Positions 40,329 to 50,506 of a stretch of 64,000 nucleotides of DNA are shown here, piece after piece; the first letter of the stretch is position 1, and every line of letters begins with the position of its first letter. The notes beneath the pieces are model-generated. The model was not told where the DNA came from. It saw only the letters and a list, made by a program, of their open reading frames with translations, and searched no databases. This DNA comes from Planctomycetota bacterium (GTDB lineage Bacteria > Planctomycetota > B15-G4): contig JBBQUR010000008.1 of NCBI GenBank assembly GCA_038212275.1, positions 64,001 through 128,000 on the forward strand, in the 5' to 3' direction. Position numbers and translations under genes: made by a program.

Positions 40329-40389
40329 GCAGGGCCGCGCGGAGGCAGCCGCACCACGGGGCTGGCACCGGCCGCGCCGCCCCGCGATC

Positions 40390-41916
40390 ATGGGCACGAT
40401 GACGCTCTTCCTGCACAACACGCTCACCCGCACCAAGGAAGCCTTCGTGCCGCTCGGCCCGGGCAAGGTCCGCATGTACAACTGCGGCCCCACGGTCTAC
40501 AGCGCCGCGCACATCGGCAACTTCCGCGCCTTCCTCTTTGCGGACGTGCTGCGCCGCTGGCTGGAGTCCTCCGGACTCGCGGTGACGCAGGTGATGAACA
40601 TCACCGACGTGGGCCACGCGCGCGACGACGACCCCGACTTCGGCGAGGACAAGCTGGAGACCGCCGCGCGCAAGGAACGCCTCGACCCGTGGAAGATCGC
40701 CGAGAAGTACACGGCGCTCTTCATGGCGGACCTCGACGCCCTGGGCATCCAGCGCGCGCACCACTACCCGCGGGCCACGCAGTACATCCCGCAGATGATC
40801 GCGATCATCGAGCGGCTCGTGGCCGATGGCCACGCCTACGTCGTGGGCAGCGACGTGTACTACTCAGTGCCCAGCTTCCCGGCTTACGGCGCACTCTCCG
40901 GCAACACCGGCGCGGACCTTCTGGCCGGCGCCAGAGTGGAGACGCGCGACGAGAAGCGTGACCCGCGCGACTTCGCCCTGTGGAAGAGCGACAGCCACCA
41001 CGTCATGCAGTGGGACTCACCCTGGGGCCGCGGCTTCCCGGGCTGGCACATCGAGTGCTCCGCGATGAGCCGCGCGCTGCTCGGCGAGGGCACGCTCGAC
41101 ATCCACACCGGCGGCGAGGACAACATCTTCCCTCACCACGAGTGCGAGATCGCGCAGAGCGAAGGCGCGTTTTCCGTGCCCTTCGTGAAGTACTGGATGC
41201 ACACGCGCTTCCTGCAGGTGGACGGCGGGAAGATGAGCAAGAGCATCGGCAACCTCTACACCGTGACCCAGCTGCGCGACATGGGCTTCCCGCCCGTGGC
41301 CGTGCGGCTGCTGCTCATCCGCGGCCACTACCGGCAGGTGCTGAACTTCACGCTCGACGGCCTGCGCCAGGCGTCAGCGGACGTGCGCCGCCTGCGGCTC
41401 TTCGCCGCGCAGATGCAGGACGCAGCCGGCGACGTGACGACGTCGGCCGCCGGTGCCGCGGCAACGCCGGTCGCGCACGCCGCGGCGACATCCGGCGGAC
41501 GCGATGCGGCCGCGGGCGCGGCAACGTCCGCCGCAGCGCCGGCCTTCGTCCGCGACGCGCTCGCCAAGTTCGAGTCCGGGATGAACGACGATCTGAACAT
41601 CTCGGCCGCGCTCGACGGCGTGTTCAGTCTGCTCAACGAAGCCCATCGGGCCCGCGTGCACGGCGCCGACGCGGCGGCGACGCTTGCCGCGCTGCGCTCC
41701 TTCGACCGCGTGCTCGGTGTCCTCGAAGGCGAAGACACGGACCGACCGCTCGACGCCGACATCGACGCGCTCATCGCCCGCCGCAACGCCGCACGCGCGG
41801 CGAAGGACTGGAAGGCCGCCGACGCCCTGCGCGACGAACTGCTCGCCCGCGGCATCGAGCTCCTGGACGGCAAGGACGGCGTGACCTGGCGCCGCACCGG
41901 GGTCACGTCTCCGTGA
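40390..41916 (+). CDS. cysS: Cysteine--tRNA ligase
   Basis: CGPTVY, HIGN, 'PGWHIECS', 'FPHHE', KMSKS. Confidence 0.97.
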   Translation: MGTMTLFLHNTLTRTKEAFVPLGPGKVRMYNCGPTVYSAAHIGNFRAFLFADVLRRWLESSGLAVTQVMNITDVGHARDDDPDFGEDKLETAARKERLDPWKIAEKYTALFMADLDALGIQRAHHYPRATQYIPQMIAIIERLVADGHAYVVGSDVYYSVPSFPAYGALSGNTGADLLAGARVETRDEKRDPRDFALWKSDSHHVMQWDSPWGRGFPGWHIECSAMSRALLGEGTLDIHTGGEDNIFPHHECEIAQSEGAFSVPFVKYWMHTRFLQVDGGKMSKSIGNLYTVTQLRDMGFPPVAVRLLLIRGHYRQVLNFTLDGLRQASADVRRLRLFAAQMQDAAGDVTTSAAGAAATPVAHAAATSGGRDAAAGAATSAAAPAFVRDALAKFESGMNDDLNISAALDGVFSLLNEAHRARVHGADAAATLAALRSFDRVLGVLEGEDTDRPLDADIDALIARRNAARAAKDWKAADALRDELLARGIELLDGKDGVTWRRTGVTSP

Positions 41917-42033
41917 CCGCCGACGGCGACGCCACCGTCGCCCTCCTTGCCAGGCATCCTGCCGCCGATGCGCGCGAGCTGACGCTCCGACTCGCCTCGC
42001 TGAGGTACGACCGCGGGCCGAGACCGCGCGCGG

Positions 42034-42879
42034 TCAGGCCGTGAGGCGCGGCCTGCGGACGGCCCGGGCGAGGCCGCCGCGCTCCAGCGCCCAGATCAGC
42101 ATCCAGCCAAGGTCCGGCTGCTTCCAGGTCCAGCCGAGCCGCGCCGAGTTCGGCTGGGCGTGGTGGTTCCTGTGCCAGTTCTCACCTTGAAAGGTGTGCG
42201 GCACCGCGAGCCAGGCGATGTTGCGGCTGCTGTCCTCGCCGGCGACGGCGCCCTTGCGCATGTGCGCGAGCGAGTTCACGGTGCACTGCGCGTTGAGCGA
42301 GAAGACGAGGCGGATCGCGCCCAGCCAGAAGAAGGCGGGCCAGCCGAAGGGCAGGCCGATGCAGAGCGAGAGCACCAGAATGTACGGCTGCCACTTGCTC
42401 CAGAAGGTGTAGCCGGGCTTGTTGAGGTCCGGCGCCCAGCGCGCCACCGAGGTCTCCTCGGCCTGCCAGAGCCAGCGCAGGTGTGACCACCAGAATCCGC
42501 CGAGCTGCGGGCTGCTGATGTCGCCGACCGTCTCGACCTTGGCGTGATGCAGCCGGTGGTTCGCGGCCCAGCTCGTGGGTGCGCCCGAACCGTTGAAGAT
42601 GGCGCAGGCGACGAGCACTCGCTCCACCACCGGGTTCAGGCGGAGCGCGCCGTGAGCGAGCGAGCGGTGATAGGCCACCGTCGTGCCCAGCCCGCCGAGC
42701 GCGAACAGGCCCCACGCGCTCAGGAAGAGCGGCCACCCCGGCAAGGGGAACAGCACGAGCCCCACCAACGCCAGCGAGTGAATGAGAAGGATCCAGAAGA
42801 ACACCGAACCGGAACCTTTGCGCCAGCGCAGCCAGCTCCAGGTCCAGGCCGGCGCCTCCGTGGCGGGGGCGACAGTCAT
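42034..42879 (-). CDS. Membrane fatty acid (acyl-CoA, delta-9 type) desaturase
   Basis: His boxes HRSLAH, HRLHH, HRNHH; 'GENWH'; TGATG overlap with rbfA. Confidence 0.92.
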   Translation of the reverse strand: MTVAPATEAPAWTWSWLRWRKGSGSVFFWILLIHSLALVGLVLFPLPGWPLFLSAWGLFALGGLGTTVAYHRSLAHGALRLNPVVERVLVACAIFNGSGAPTSWAANHRLHHAKVETVGDISSPQLGGFWWSHLRWLWQAEETSVARWAPDLNKPGYTFWSKWQPYILVLSLCIGLPFGWPAFFWLGAIRLVFSLNAQCTVNSLAHMRKGAVAGEDSSRNIAWLAVPHTFQGENWHRNHHAQPNSARLGWTWKQPDLGWMLIWALERGGLARAVRRPRLTA

Positions 42880-43529
42880 CAGGGGGCTCTCCGTCGAGAA
42901 GCGTCGAAATCATCCTGCGAGTCGCCTTCCCCCGGCGTCCCGTGTCGATCGGTCCTGTCCATGCTGCGGTTCACGACGGACTCATCGGCCTCGGCGTCAC
43001 CGTCGCTTGAAGTCGGCTTGCCTTCGACGCCCTCCCGGGCGTTTCCCGCCTCTGCGTCGGCCTCGTCGGCCCCGCCGGTCTCGTCGGTCTCGTCGGTCTC
43101 ATGGGCGGCCGCGGCGGCCTCTCGATCGGCGGCGTGAGCCTCGGCATCGGCCAGAGAGGCATCGCTGCCGGGGCCGACCGCGCGCCGCTGCGCCGCGATG
43201 TCCTCCAGCAGATCGAGCATCCGGCTCTCCTTCTCGATGGACTCGTCGTAGGCGAAGCGCAGTTCCGGCATGACGCGCAGCCGCAGTGTCGGTGCGACCT
43301 GCTCCTGCACGTGGCGCGCGGCGTCCTGCAGAGCGCGCTCGGTCGTGCGCCGCTGGTTGGGCGTTCCGAGCACGGTGAAGAGCACCTTGGCGTAGCGCTT
43401 GTCCTTCGAGAGTTGCACGCCTGTGATCGTGACAAATCCGAGCCGCGGATCGTTAAGGCGTTCAAGAACAATGATCGCGACTTTTTCCTTGATGAGCGCC
43501 TCGAGGCGCTCCTTTCGATCCCAAGCCAC
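42879..43529 (-). CDS. rbfA: Ribosome-binding factor A with long acidic C-terminal extension
   Basis: 'DPRLGFVTITGVQLSKD..AKV', 'LRVMPELRF.YDESIE'; follows infB. Confidence 0.93.
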   Translation of the reverse strand: MAWDRKERLEALIKEKVAIIVLERLNDPRLGFVTITGVQLSKDKRYAKVLFTVLGTPNQRRTTERALQDAARHVQEQVAPTLRLRVMPELRFAYDESIEKESRMLDLLEDIAAQRRAVGPGSDASLADAEAHAADREAAAAAHETDETDETGGADEADAEAGNAREGVEGKPTSSDGDAEADESVVNRSMDRTDRHGTPGEGDSQDDFDASRRRAP

Positions 43530-43541
43530 AGGCCCCTCCGG

Positions 43542-46364
43542 TCAGGCCTTGATGGCTGGGGAGGAAAGGGTGCGGCGAACCTCGGTGACATCGAAGGTCT
43601 CGAGGATGTCGCCCTGCCGGATGTCGTCGTAGTTGGCCAGGTGCAGACCGCACTCGTAGTTCTCGCGCACTTCCTTCACGTCGTCCTTGAAGCGCTTGAG
43701 GCTGTCGAGCTTGCCGGTCCAGATGACCTTCCCGTCACGGGTCAGGCGGATGCGCGAATCGCGCGTGATGATGCCGTCCGTGACGTAGCAGCCCGCGATG
43801 CTGCCGTAGCGCGAGATCTTGAACACCTCGCGGATGTTGACGTGGCCGGTGATCTGCTCGCGCTTCTCCGGAGCCAGCTCGCCCTCGAGCGCCTTCTCCA
43901 GGTCGTCGGCCATCTCGTAGATGACGTCGTAGTGCTTGACCTCGACTCCGGTGCGGGCCAGTGCGGCGCGCGCATTGGCGTCCGCCGTCACCGCAAAGCC
44001 GATGATCAGCGACTTGGAGGCGGACGCGAGCAGCACGTCGTCCTCGGTGATGCCGCCCACCGCGCCGCGGATGACCTTGAAGCGCACCTCGGGGTGCTTG
44101 AGCTCCTCGATCGTGCGCTTCAGCACGTCCAGCGTGCCCTGCGCGTCGGCCTTCACCATCACGTTGAGCTCGGTGACCTTCTGGGCCTCGATCGTCGAGA
44201 ACAGGTTCTCGAGCGTGACGGTGTCCACGGCCGCCGGCATGAGCGCTTCCTGGCGGATGTTCTGCTGGCGCAGCTTGGCCACGCCGCGCGCCTGGTTGAT
44301 GTCCTCGACCACGAGGAGGTCGCTGCCCGACTCCGGCACGTCCTCGAAACCGAGGATCTGCACCGGCACGGAGGGCCCGGCCTCGTCGATGCGCGCGCCG
44401 CGGTCATCGAGCATGTAGCGCACGCGACCGACGGCCGTGCCGGCGAGCACGGCGTCCTTGGCGCGCAGGGTGCCGTCCATGACCACCGCGGTGACCACGA
44501 TGCCCAGCTTGTTGTCCTTGCGTGAGTCCACGACCACGCCGCGGGCCGGAATGGCCGGGTCGGCGCGCAGCTCGAGGATTTCGGTTTCGAGCGCGAGTCG
44601 CTCGACCAATTCGTTGAGCCCCTTGCCGGTGGTGGCCGAGCACTCCACGACGCCGATCTCGCCGCCCCAGTCTTCCACCATCACGCCCGCCGTCGCGAGC
44701 TGCTGGCGCACCATGCGCGGGTCCGCGCCGGGCTTGTCCATCTTGTTGATGGCCACGACCAGCGGCGCATCGGCCGCCTTGGCGTGGTCGATGGCTTCCT
44801 GCGTCTGCTCCATGACGCCGTCATCGGCCGCCACGACGAGCACCGCCACGTCCGTGAGCCGCGCACCGCGTGCGCGCATCTCGGTGAAGGCCTTGTGGCC
44901 CGGCGTGTCGAGGAAGGTCACCGCCGCGCCGGAGGGCGTGCGCACCAGATACGCAGCGCTGCGCTGCGTGATGCCGCCCGCTTCGCCCGAGGCCACCTGC
45001 GTCTTGCGCAGCGCATCGAGCAGCGACGTCTTGCCGTGGTCCACGTGTCCCATGACCGCGACGACCGGCGGCCGCGGCAGGCTCTCCGTCGCCATCTCGA
45101 TGGCTCGGGCGTCCTCGTAGGCGAGGAGGCGATCCTCGTCGGTCTCCGGCGGCAGGACCGTGATCTCGCGCTTCATCTTCAGGGCCAGCTCGATGAGCTG
45201 CTCCTCGTTGATGATCGCGTTCTTGTCGCGCGGGTCGAAGGTGCCCGGGAAGTGCATGAGGATCTCGCGCGCCTTGACGCCGAGTTCCTCGGAGAGTTCG
45301 CGCACGCCGATCGGCGGGCGCACCTCGATGCCGTGCGTGGGACGGTCGATCGCGCCGCGGCGCTTGCGAGCCGAGCCCAGCGACGAGCGGCGCACGGGAG
45401 GACGCCGCGTCGTCGGGCGGCGCTGTCCGGCAAAGTGCCCGATGCGGATGGCCGCCAGCGCGGAGTTGTCCTCCGGATCGAAGACCCACTCGAAGCCGCC
45501 GGGCTTGGTCTTGGCGCCCTTGCCCGCCTTGCCGGCGTCGGTCTCGGTCGCACCTGTCTTGCGCGGCGTGGGCCCGAGCGCGATGCCGCGGCGGGGAGTG
45601 GCGGGACGGGTCGGGTCCAGCGGATCGAAGTTGGGCTGCTGGCCGCCGCCGCCGCCGGGCGTGACCGGACGGTGCCGCGCCGGCAGGTCCTTGGGCTTGA
45701 GTTCGATGCGGCCCAGGATGCGCGCGCCACGTCGACGCGTCGGTCCCGTGGTCTCGACGCTGCCGGGAGCCGGCTCGTCGCCGGTGGCCGGCTTGGTCTC
45801 GTCGCCCGGCGCGCCCGCCGGCCCGCCCTCCGCGGCGCGCTGCTCGTCCGCGTTGGCGGGCAAGGCGACGTGTCCGCCGATGGTGACGACGAGCTTCTTG
45901 TGCGCGTTCGGGTCGTCGGTCAGCGACGGCGCAAGGGCCGCGGTCGCCAGTGCGGCGTCGTCGGCAACTCCCGCGACGACGGGATCGTGCTGCGGCTCGA
46001 CGGGCGCATGGTGCACCACGGTCGGCTCGGGGGCACGCTCGCGCTCCTCGGCCTCGGCGCCGGACGCGACGTGCACCACCTCGACGACGGGCTCGGCGAT
46101 GACCTCGGGTTCGGGAGCAGGAGGCGCGGCTGCTGCGGCGGCGGCGGCCTCTTCGTCCGCCAGGCGCTTGCGCTTGGCTGCCTTCTTCGCTTCCTTCTCG
46201 GCGATCTCCGCGAGCTCCTCGGCCCAGGCGGCCCGCATGATGCCCTCGGTGCCCTTCTCCATGTTGGAGGAGTGGCTCTTGACGCCAAGACCGAGTTCCT
46301 TTGCGATCTCAAGCAGTCGCTTGCTGTCAGCGGAAAGCTCTTTCGCCAGTTCGTGCAGCCTCAA
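43542..46364 (-). CDS. infB: Translation initiation factor IF-2
   Basis: 'RPPVVAVMGHVDHGKTS', 'GGITQ', 'DTPGH', 'NKMD'; TTG start after GGAG. Confidence 0.97.
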   Translation of the reverse strand: MRLHELAKELSADSKRLLEIAKELGLGVKSHSSNMEKGTEGIMRAAWAEELAEIAEKEAKKAAKRKRLADEEAAAAAAAAPPAPEPEVIAEPVVEVVHVASGAEAEERERAPEPTVVHHAPVEPQHDPVVAGVADDAALATAALAPSLTDDPNAHKKLVVTIGGHVALPANADEQRAAEGGPAGAPGDETKPATGDEPAPGSVETTGPTRRRGARILGRIELKPKDLPARHRPVTPGGGGGQQPNFDPLDPTRPATPRRGIALGPTPRKTGATETDAGKAGKGAKTKPGGFEWVFDPEDNSALAAIRIGHFAGQRRPTTRRPPVRRSSLGSARKRRGAIDRPTHGIEVRPPIGVRELSEELGVKAREILMHFPGTFDPRDKNAIINEEQLIELALKMKREITVLPPETDEDRLLAYEDARAIEMATESLPRPPVVAVMGHVDHGKTSLLDALRKTQVASGEAGGITQRSAAYLVRTPSGAAVTFLDTPGHKAFTEMRARGARLTDVAVLVVAADDGVMEQTQEAIDHAKAADAPLVVAINKMDKPGADPRMVRQQLATAGVMVEDWGGEIGVVECSATTGKGLNELVERLALETEILELRADPAIPARGVVVDSRKDNKLGIVVTAVVMDGTLRAKDAVLAGTAVGRVRYMLDDRGARIDEAGPSVPVQILGFEDVPESGSDLLVVEDINQARGVAKLRQQNIRQEALMPAAVDTVTLENLFSTIEAQKVTELNVMVKADAQGTLDVLKRTIEELKHPEVRFKVIRGAVGGITEDDVLLASASKSLIIGFAVTADANARAALARTGVEVKHYDVIYEMADDLEKALEGELAPEKREQITGHVNIREVFKISRYGSIAGCYVTDGIITRDSRIRLTRDGKVIWTGKLDSLKRFKDDVKEVRENYECGLHLANYDDIRQGDILETFDVTEVRRTLSSPAIKA

Positions 46365-46370
46365 GCGACA

Positions 46371-47435
46371 TCACTCCGCCTTGGACGACGTGACGTCGTC
46401 GGACACTGTTCCAGCCTCGGCATCACCGGTGCCGACACGTGCGGCGGTAGGAGGCGCAATCAGATTGCCGTGCTCGTCCCGCGCGCTGTGCGGCATCTGG
46501 GTCACACCTTCGATGTGAATGTCCCAGCCCGTGAGGCGCGTGGCCAGACGCACATTCTGACCCTTCTTTCCGATGGCAAGCGCGAGCTGATCGTCCGGGA
46601 CCACCACGCGAGCCACCTTCTTCACCGGATCCAACTGCAGCGACGCAAGCTGCGCCGGCCGCAAAGCGTTGGCGATCAGATCTTCCTCCGATTCGCTCCA
46701 CCGGATGATGTCGATCTTCTCGTTGTTCAGCTCGTCGGTGATCGCCTTGATGCGCGTGCCGCGGATGCCGACGCAGGCGCCGACGCAATCCACGCGGCTG
46801 TCGCTGCTCTGCACGGCGATCTTGGTGCGATAGCCGGGCTCGCGGGCGATGCGGCGGATGACGATGACGCCCTCCGCGACCTCCGGCACCTCGAGCTCGA
46901 ACAGGGCGCGGACCAGGTCCGGCGTCACGCGCGAGAGCAGGATGCGGACGCGGGGCCCAACCTGCTTGACCTCGGTGATGATGCCGCGGATGCGGTCGCC
47001 CGGCGAATACATCTCGCCCTTGACGCGCTCCGGCTTGGTGATGACCGCCTCGGCCTTGCCCACGTTGACGATGAGCGCGCCGCCGTCGATGCGCTGCACG
47101 GTGCCCAGCACGAGCTGGCCGACCCGGCCCTCGAATTCGAGGAAGACAGCGGCATTTTCGGCCTCGCGAAGGCTCTGGATGATGACCTGCTTGGCCGTCT
47201 GCGCGGCGATGCGGCCCAGGTCGATGGCCCCGGTGTCCACGTCGCTGGTCACCGAGAGCTCACCCGTCTGCCGGTCGAGCACGCACTTGATGGGCGCATC
47301 CTTGCCGAGCTTGGGCTCGACGGCCTTCTGGATGGCCGCCACCATGGCGCTCTCGATCGTCCGGAAGATCAACTCGGTGTCGATATCCTTCTCGAGGTGA
47401 ATGGACTCGATGATCCGCAGCAGTTCGCTGTTCAC
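46371..47435 (-). CDS. nusA: Transcription termination/antitermination factor NusA
   Basis: 'LGRIAAQTAKQVI', 'LFELEVPE', 'AREPGYRTKIAV', 'AIGKKGQNVRLA'; GAGGAG plus GTG. Confidence 0.96.
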   Translation of the reverse strand: MNSELLRIIESIHLEKDIDTELIFRTIESAMVAAIQKAVEPKLGKDAPIKCVLDRQTGELSVTSDVDTGAIDLGRIAAQTAKQVIIQSLREAENAAVFLEFEGRVGQLVLGTVQRIDGGALIVNVGKAEAVITKPERVKGEMYSPGDRIRGIITEVKQVGPRVRILLSRVTPDLVRALFELEVPEVAEGVIVIRRIAREPGYRTKIAVQSSDSRVDCVGACVGIRGTRIKAITDELNNEKIDIIRWSESEEDLIANALRPAQLASLQLDPVKKVARVVVPDDQLALAIGKKGQNVRLATRLTGWDIHIEGVTQMPHSARDEHGNLIAPPTAARVGTGDAEAGTVSDDVTSSKAE

Positions 47436-47527
47436 GGTCGCACTCCTCTCGATTTGATGGATTGTCGGGTTGTCGAACGGGCACTCGCTCGCCCTCTCCG
47501 GCAGCCCCTTGCCAGGGCACCGGCCGG

Positions 47528-47559
47528 AAACGAAAGCAAGTGGGCCGGGACCCACTTGC
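47528..47559 (-). ncRNA. rimP-leader-like hairpin/attenuator in the nusA 5' UTR
   Basis: Minus strand GCAAGTGGG-TCCCGG-CCCACTTGC-TTTCGTTT; resembles the AGUGGG..CCCACU-U-tract leader of rimP-nusA-infB operons. Confidence 0.6.
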
Positions 47560-47590
47560 ATGCGATCCGGAGGGTTCGCGCGAACCGACC

Positions 47591-47620
47591 ATTAACAGGC
47601 ATCCGGGGGGCCGAAGTCAA
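47591..47620 (-). promoter_or_regulatory. Sigma70-like promoter of the nusA operon
   Basis: Minus strand TTGACT-N18-GTTAAT. Confidence 0.5.
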
Positions 47621-47685
47621 GAGACGATGGCCCCCGCGTCCGGGGGGCGCGCGCCTCTGCCGGCCCTCGCAGCGTCGGGCACGGC

Positions 47686-47715
47686 TTGACCCCCTGCAAC
47701 GCCCGCACCTAGTAT
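47686..47715 (+). promoter_or_regulatory. Sigma70-like promoter for the hps-rraA fusion
   Basis: TTGACC-N18-TAGTAT. Confidence 0.5.
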
Positions 47716-47805
47716 CGCGGCGGATCCGGCGGCTCCCTGCCCGCGGCATCCCGGTTCGATCGACCCGGGCCCGCTCCGGCCGACATCCCCCACGAGGGCC
47801 CAGCA

Positions 47806-49149
47806 ATGACCCGCTCCGACGCCGGCACGCGCCCCGCTCCCCCCGCCGCCGAGACTCCTCGCGGCCGGCCGCGCCTTCAGGTGGCACTCGACTTCCTGCA
47901 GTTCTCGCGCGCGCTCACCGCCGCCACCGAAGCCGTGGCCGGCGGCGCCGACATCCTGGAAGTGGGCACGCCGCTGCTGAAGAGCGAGGGCCTCGACGCG
48001 GTGAGAAAGTTGCGCGAGGCGTTCCCGGGCGTGCCCATCGTCGCGGACACGAAGACGATGGATGCGGGCCGCATGGAGATGGAGATGGCCGCCAAGGCCG
48101 GAGCCTCCTTCGCGACGGTGCTCGGTGTCGCCTCGCCCGGCACCATCCGCGAATGTGTGGAGGTCGGCCGCAACTACGGCATCGCCGTCGTCGTGGACCT
48201 CGTCGGCACGAGCGACCCGGTGGCCGCGGCGCAGAAGGCCCAGGCACTTGGCGCGACGGCGGTCGGCGTTCACTGCGGCATCGACCAGCAGATGCTCGGT
48301 CAGGACCCTTTCGAGGTGCTGCGCGCGGTGCGCCGCGCCGTGACCATCCAGGTCACCGTGGCCGGCGGCATCACCCGTGAAACCGCGGGGAAGGCTGCCG
48401 CCGAGGGCGCCGACATCGTCATCGTCGGCGGCGCCATCACCAAGAGCCCCGACGCGGCGGCCGCGACGCGCGAGTTGCTCGCGACGATGGTGCAGGGCGT
48501 CGGCCTTCCCGCCACCGAGTTCCGGCGCTACGGCGCCGAATCGCTGCGCGAGGCTCTGGCCAAGGTCTCCACGCCCAACGTCTCCGACGCGATGCACCGC
48601 GGCGGCGCCCTCGCGGACATCCTCAGCATCGTGCACGGCAAGCACATGGTCGGTCGCGCGCTCACCGTGCGCACCTATCCGGGCGACTGGGCCAAGCCCG
48701 TGCAGGCCATCGACCTGGCCCAGCCCGGCGACGTGCTCGTCATCGACTCGGGCGGGCGCCCGCCCGCCGTGTGGGGCGAGCTGGCGACCGAGAGCTGCCT
48801 GCAGCGCAAGCTCGCGGGCGTGGTGATCGACGGCGCGATCCGCGACGTGGACGCGATCCGTGCGCTGGGCTTCCCGGCCTTCGCCCGATGCACCTCGCCC
48901 AATGCCTGGGAGCCCAAAGGTTTCGGCGAAATCGGCACGCCCATCCTCATCTCCGGCGTGCGCATCGCGTCGGGCGACTGGATCGTCGGCGACGACTCCG
49001 GCGTCGTGGCCATCCCCGCCGACCGCGCCGTCGAGATCGCAAACCGCGCGCTCGACGTGCTCGAAGCCGAGAACCGACTTCGCGGCGAGATCCGCAACGG
49101 CAGCACGCTCAGCAAGGTGGCCGAGCTCTACAAGTGGGAAAAGGGTTGA
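47806..49149 (+). CDS. 3-hexulose-6-phosphate synthase (OMPdecase-fold) fused to an RraA/HMG-aldolase-like domain
   Basis: HPS 'LQVALD', 'EVGTPL', 'ADTKTMDAG', 'H.GIDQQ', 'VAGGI', 'VGGAI'; RraA 'NVSDA', 'AVWGEL', 'DGAIRD', '[12 protein letters not shown]'. Confidence 0.9.
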   Translation: MTRSDAGTRPAPPAAETPRGRPRLQVALDFLQFSRALTAATEAVAGGADILEVGTPLLKSEGLDAVRKLREAFPGVPIVADTKTMDAGRMEMEMAAKAGASFATVLGVASPGTIRECVEVGRNYGIAVVVDLVGTSDPVAAAQKAQALGATAVGVHCGIDQQMLGQDPFEVLRAVRRAVTIQVTVAGGITRETAGKAAAEGADIVIVGGAITKSPDAAAATRELLATMVQGVGLPATEFRRYGAESLREALAKVSTPNVSDAMHRGGALADILSIVHGKHMVGRALTVRTYPGDWAKPVQAIDLAQPGDVLVIDSGGRPPAVWGELATESCLQRKLAGVVIDGAIRDVDAIRALGFPAFARCTSPNAWEPKGFGEIGTPILISGVRIASGDWIVGDDSGVVAIPADRAVEIANRALDVLEAENRLRGEIRNGSTLSKVAELYKWEKG

Positions 49150-49370
49150 GCGACGCGGCCTCGCGGACCGTGACGCTGACGGTGAACGGCGAGGCCGCAA
49201 GCCTGCCCGCCGACAGCACGGTGGCCGACCTGCTCGCCGCGCGCGGCGCGACGGGCAAGCCCTGCGCCGTGGAGGTCAACCGCGAAATCGTCCCACGCAG
49301 CCAGCACGCCGGGCGAACGCTGCACGACGGCGACGCCGTGGAAATCGTGAGCTTCGTCGGCGGCGGATAG
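49146..49370 (+). CDS. thiS: Sulfur carrier protein ThiS
   Basis: 'TVNGE', '[11 protein letters not shown]', 'EIVSFVGGG*'; TTG overlapping upstream stop (or GTG at 49170). Confidence 0.92.
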   Translation: MSDAASRTVTLTVNGEAASLPADSTVADLLAARGATGKPCAVEVNREIVPRSQHAGRTLHDGDAVEIVSFVGGG

Positions 49371-49558
49371 CCGGCGCTCGACTTCTCCGGCATGGGTGAG
49401 GAGGTTCCGCCGTTCGGCGCCATGGTCACGTCGTCGTACGGGCGCAACAGCTGGCGCTTCGGCCGATGGCGCGACAGTCGCATCGGCTTGCCGGGAAGGA
49501 CGCTGCTCTTTCCCTATCGCTGAGCGACGCGGCCCCGTGGCGCGCTAGAATCCGCGGC

Positions 49559-50506
49559 ATGACTGCCAGCAACGACTCCGGCGCCGTCCCCGGCGATTCC
49601 CCGCTCGTCATCGGCTCGCACAGCTTCGCCTCGCGCCTGTTCGTCGGCACCGGCAAGTACGCCAGCTTCGAGCTCATGCGCGACGCCGTCGACGCCTCGG
49701 GCACGCAGTGCGTCACCGTCGCGGTGCGGCGCATCGGGCTGGAACGCGGCGCGGGCGGCAGCGGAGCCTCCGGCGCCCCGACCTCGCGCGGCGACGCACA
49801 CGCCGGCGGCGGCCGGGCCCCCGCCGGCAACCTGCTCGACTTCCTCGATCTCTCGCGCATCACGCTGCTCCCCAACACGGCCGGCTGCTACAGCGCGGAG
49901 GACGCGGTGCGCACGTGCCGCCTCGCGCGCGAGGCGCTCGACGCAAGCTTCGTGAAGCTGGAAGTCCTCGCGGACCCCGACACGCTGCTGCCCGACCCGA
50001 TCGAGACGCTCGCCGCGACAGTGACGCTCGTGAAGGAGGGCTTCACGGTGCTCGCGTACACGAGCGACGACCCGGTCATCGCGCGCCGGCTGGAGGACGC
50101 CGGCGCCGCTGCGGTGATGCCGCTCGGCGCGCCCATCGGCAGCGGGCTGGGCATCCTCAACCCGCGCAACATCGCACGCATCAAGGCCGCGGCGCGCGTG
50201 CCCATCGTCGTGGATGCGGGCGTCGGCACCGCGTCCGACGTGGCGCTGGCCATGGAGCTCGGCGTGGACGGCGTGCTGCTCAACACCGGCATCGCGCTGG
50301 CCGACGACCCGGTCATGATGGCGCGCGCGATGCGCCACGGCTGGCTCGCGGGCCGCGCTGCATTCCTCGCGGGCCGCATGCCGCGCCGCGAACAGGCCTC
50401 GCCCAGCTCACCGCGCACCGGACTCATCGCGTCGGGCGCAACGATCGCTTCGAGCGGACCTCGCGCTCCCGATGCCGCGCCCCGCGCGGGCCACGCGCGC
50501 GCGTGA
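49559..50506 (+). CDS. thiG: Thiazole synthase
   Basis: '[10 protein letters not shown]', 'LPNTAGC', 'KLEV', '[12 protein letters not shown]', 'VDAGVG..SD'. Confidence 0.96.
   Translation: MTASNDSGAVPGDSPLVIGSHSFASRLFVGTGKYASFELMRDAVDASGTQCVTVAVRRIGLERGAGGSGASGAPTSRGDAHAGGGRAPAGNLLDFLDLSRITLLPNTAGCYSAEDAVRTCRLAREALDASFVKLEVLADPDTLLPDPIETLAATVTLVKEGFTVLAYTSDDPVIARRLEDAGAAAVMPLGAPIGSGLGILNPRNIARIKAAARVPIVVDAGVGTASDVALAMELGVDGVLLNTGIALADDPVMMARAMRHGWLAGRAAFLAGRMPRREQASPSSPRTGLIASGATIASSGPRAPDAAPRAGHARA

Noticed and set aside
49371..49558. TPP riboswitch before thiG
   Set aside because: No CUGAGA...CCUGA core found; thiG appears leaderless
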